Origin: Euglena gracilis
Lineage: Eukaryota
Direction of reading: 5' to 3'
Assembly: GCA_039621445.1 (NCBI GenBank)
Contig: CP154954.1
Location: 41,905,572 to 41,969,571 of the forward strand
Length of the DNA stretch: 64,000 nt
In this document: in pieces, positions 61,101 to 64,000 of the stretch
How positions within the stretch are numbered: the stretch's first letter is position 1
Layout: each line of letters starts with the position of its first letter
Notes under the pieces: model-generated
The model's database searches: none
Told to the model about the DNA's origin: nothing
What the model saw: the letters and a program-made list of their open reading frames with translations, nothing else
Program-made: the position numbers and the translations under genes

Positions 61101-63187
61101 TTTTGCATGCATTTTTCTCTCATTCAGTCATTTTTAGTTGTACCTGATTCTTGTCGCGCGGTGCCACGGCTCATGCGGTGCCGCACGGTGCACACGGTGC
61201 CGCACGCGATGCGAAACACGCGGTGCATGCGGTGCAGAAGCATCCCCCTTGGGGCGAAGCGGGAGAAGAAAATGTTGACCCCGGTCTTGTCTAACGACCA
61301 CCCCCGCCCGGTCAGTAGCGATATTTGGACAAATTAGCGACCCCCCCCCCCGGTCAGTAGCGATATTCAGCAGTCGTTGGACAGGCGGGGGGGGTACTAT
61401 GCTGTTTGGGATTCCTGAAGGGCCCACTGTCTGAGAAGGGGAATGTGCGCTCTACAGAGCAGAATAATATTTTGGTTTCCTCTCCACAGGTGGCATTTTT
61501 CTTATTTTTCTTTACACAGTGACCAATTTTTGGCTTCACCCCCAGTCCAAAGGACTTTTGTCCGCACAGAACAGTACCACGACCGACAGGGTCGGCGTTT
61601 TGGCCATCGGACGGACACTCAAATCACCCGCTTGCAGACCGCCCGCGTCACACTGTCGTGGTTTGGGAAGTCTGGACTGAGGCATCGCTCTACTCCCTGT
61701 CTCTCTCTCTTGTCCGTTGAAGTGGGCGTAGGGACAAAGTCCGCGGATTGGGGGGGTGCTGGGCTGACCTGCTCCGCAGGAGGAGCGTCCCCCCCTCCCC
61801 CTTGTCAGGAGGACCACGACTGCCCCCGGCTGCGGGAGGAGCAGCAGCGGAGGGCCCGGCGGCCAGGGCGGGCCGGGGACGCCCGGCAACGCTACAGGTG
61901 GGCGGGGGGTCCCCCTCCCGTCCCACGGTTGGGGTCTGGTTGGTGCTGCCTCCCCCTCCCCGCCTCCGGGGTCTTCCCGGACCGCCCTGCCGGAGGCTGC
62001 AGGCCCAGGCCAAGAAGGAGGCGGTAGAGCCGGCGGGGCGAGTTGGCCTGCTGGGCAGGCACCGACAGTTGACCAGCCCCGACCGTTGCCGACTACCCAG
62101 AGAATGGCAACTGGAAAAAGTGACAAATTAATACGGATATATAGCGTAGTAATGACAATGATAATGATCCAACAAGAATTATAAAATAATAGCAATAGCA
62201 ATGGCAAAGATAACAATGATATCAGTAATAATCAGAATAAATAACACCTGCAACTCGGAAGGCCGGCAAGTGCTATGAATGTCTATGGATGCTTCACCTC
62301 CAGCAAAAACAGCTAAAATTGGCCAAACATGGCCAACTCCATCAAGAATACATGCTCAAAAATGCACGAAAATTGCCACACTGACCCAAAATAACCCTGA
62401 GAAAAATTGAAGTGTGTTGTGTGGTCATGGTATATGATTATTATCACTGTATTATATTGTTTTCCATTCCCGTGCCCCCCCCCCCCGACAATTGACGTCC
62501 CCGGGCAATTGACGCCCCCAGGCAATTGACGCCCCCGGGCAATTGTCACCCCTGGCTGTGCCAGCCAATTTGTCACCCCAGGAAATTTTCGCCCCCTTCC
62601 GTGCTGCCCAATTTGTCACCCCCATTTGCAGTATTGCTCTGTGAACTTTCTTTTCGCCGCATGACTCGATTGATCTTCTACTTCGCTGCAACGCGCTGAG
62701 AATTTTCGCATACCAAACGCTCTGCACAATATCACGACCATAGATTATTTTTCCTGCATTCACTTGTGTTTCAGATGGTGTTCTTGGTCATTTAGTTCAA
62801 ATGTGGCTGACATTGGTGGGCAATTGACGCCCCCGGGCAATTAACGCCCCCGGGTAATTGTCATCCCTCTCTCTCTGTGCCGGCCAAATTGTCACCCCGG
62901 GAATTTGTCACCCCCCTCCGTGCTGCCCAATTTGTCGCGCGACAATTGCCCCGGGGGGGGGGGGGCGGGTATGACTTATTTTTATTTTATTTTTATTTCT
63001 ATGACTTATTTTTTATTTTCTTTTACTGGCATGCACCCTAACTGCAGCCAAGTATTTGCCGGCCAGGGCCGACCACGCCGACCAGAGCACCAAAATGACA
63101 AGTGACCGTTGGTGCCTGCTGCTGGGGGCCCAGCGGTTCGCCAACACCCCGCAGACTGCCATCGGCTCCACCAGCGTGGCCTCCGAG
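57908..63187 (+). CDS. AN1-type zinc-finger protein (ZFAND2/AIRAP- or ZFAND1/Cuz1-like), 3'-partial
   Basis: Exons 57908-58009, 58306-58394, 59910-59958, 60118-60261, 61809-61897, 61996-62052, 63124-63187 join in frame: GKPCHCC..DLPFTCHKCGESLCEDHRLFASHNC, VPECPLCGQLVP..DPNHAVSVHMEKGC, CAFRDC..LIRCKACGNSFCVPHRLQEDHDC. No stop found; the last modelled exon ends at a GT donor. Confidence 0.88.
58395..59909 (+). other. Nonconventional intron (GG...GC)
   Basis: AGGGGCGGATA/TATTCGCTCCT 11-bp stem at +5/-7 (same register); flanks CCCACGGC and CCTGCGGC (6/8); removal gives LVPT|AHNQDPN. Confidence 0.78.
60461..61396. mobile_element. TA-flanked element containing an (AAAATGGCCG)n tract
   Basis: TACCTCCCCCCCCTTGT ... 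ACAGGCGGGGGGGGTA ends; internal TGTCCAACGACC motifs. Confidence 0.62.
62053..63123 (+). other. Nonconventional intron with perfect 8-bp flanking duplication CTGCTGGG
   Basis: CTGCTGGG at 62048-62055 and 63119-63126; inverted ends CAGGCACCGACAGT/ACCGTTGGTGCCTG; removal gives RVGLL|GAQRFAN. Confidence 0.85.
62465..62973. mobile_element. MITE (family of 26153-26648) nested in intron 62053-63123
   Basis: Collinear with 26153-26648 over its full length. Confidence 0.85.
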
Positions 63188-64000
63188 GTGCCTCCAGTCC
63201 CCCCCCCCCCTGCTGTCTGCCCTTCTTCTTGTGATGATGCATTTTCTGCGGTATTTTCCGCATTTCTCAACCATTGAGCATTGTGCTCTTCTCAGGTTGG
63301 TGCTTTCTCAATTGGGGTATGATTTTGTTTATTTTCATTGTGTCAAAAATTCCAGATTCCCCCAGGTGCCACCGCTGGAAAATTGTGAAAACCACCGAGT
63401 GGAGTTCCAACACGTCACGGGCAGTTCAAAAACCTGGACATCAACCCTCCAAAGATAAAAATTGCGTCGGTGTGCACAAATATGCGCACCGACGCAATAC
63501 AGCTCCAGTGCGAGTTTGGCCGCATAAGTGGATGTTTTCCACTACCCCACAGAATCTCATTGGAATGAAATGGACTCTGCCCACGCAACTTCTGTCTCTG
63601 CATTGCCTCCATAGATTTTGGCTGGGAGTGATCTTTCACGGTCAAAAAAAAATGCATGAAATGACAACGATCAACGCCTTGCGGGCAAAAAAGAACAGAA
63701 CGCTGTCACGACATGCTGTCTGGCCTGCTGAACGAACTCGTCGACGTGTGAAACCATCGGGACTCACCCCCCCCTCCCCAAAGAGAGAAATTTACTAAAA
63801 GGACACAAAACTCCACTTTTACACCCCCCCCTTCCTGTGTGACAACTACCACCTGGTGGCGTTCTGGAGGTGGGGTGGCAGGTTTACCTCTTTGCTTGCT
63901 TTCTGAACCTATACTGCGGTGTGGAGGTTTTTGAAGTTGGTTACAAAAGGAGTGGATTTTCACATTCAACAAATGAAAAAATATAAAATAATAGGTTGAA

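Overview
Eukaryotic nuclear DNA, inferred to be euglenid (Euglena-like), because short GC-rich exons are separated by a mix of GT-AG/GC-AG introns and non-GT-AG introns closed by a terminal stem in the +4/-6 (CAG...CTG) register. Four intron-rich genes were assembled by hand, all on the + strand: a GT77-type nucleotide-diphospho-sugar transferase (5'-partial, to 13134), a PAK1IP1/Mak11-like WD40 protein with an inserted WWE domain (14516-24992), a large WW-like/Pro-rich/alpha-kinase gene (about 28096-56111) and an AN1 zinc-finger gene (57908 onward, 3'-partial). Introns and spacers are packed with MITEs and micro/minisatellites. Main observation: free MITEs here have CAG...CTG terminal inverted repeats and 8-bp target-site duplications (hAT-type), and the nonconventional introns have the same anatomy (element plus 3 nt left and 5 nt right = one 8-bp duplication). 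Two introns keep a perfect 8-bp duplication, and one intron is an entire copy of a MITE family found elsewhere in the window. This points to hAT-type MITEs acting as intron generators. All splice junctions are predictions from reading frame, family motifs and base pairing; no transcript data or database searches were available. Most ORFs in the supplied track are artefacts.
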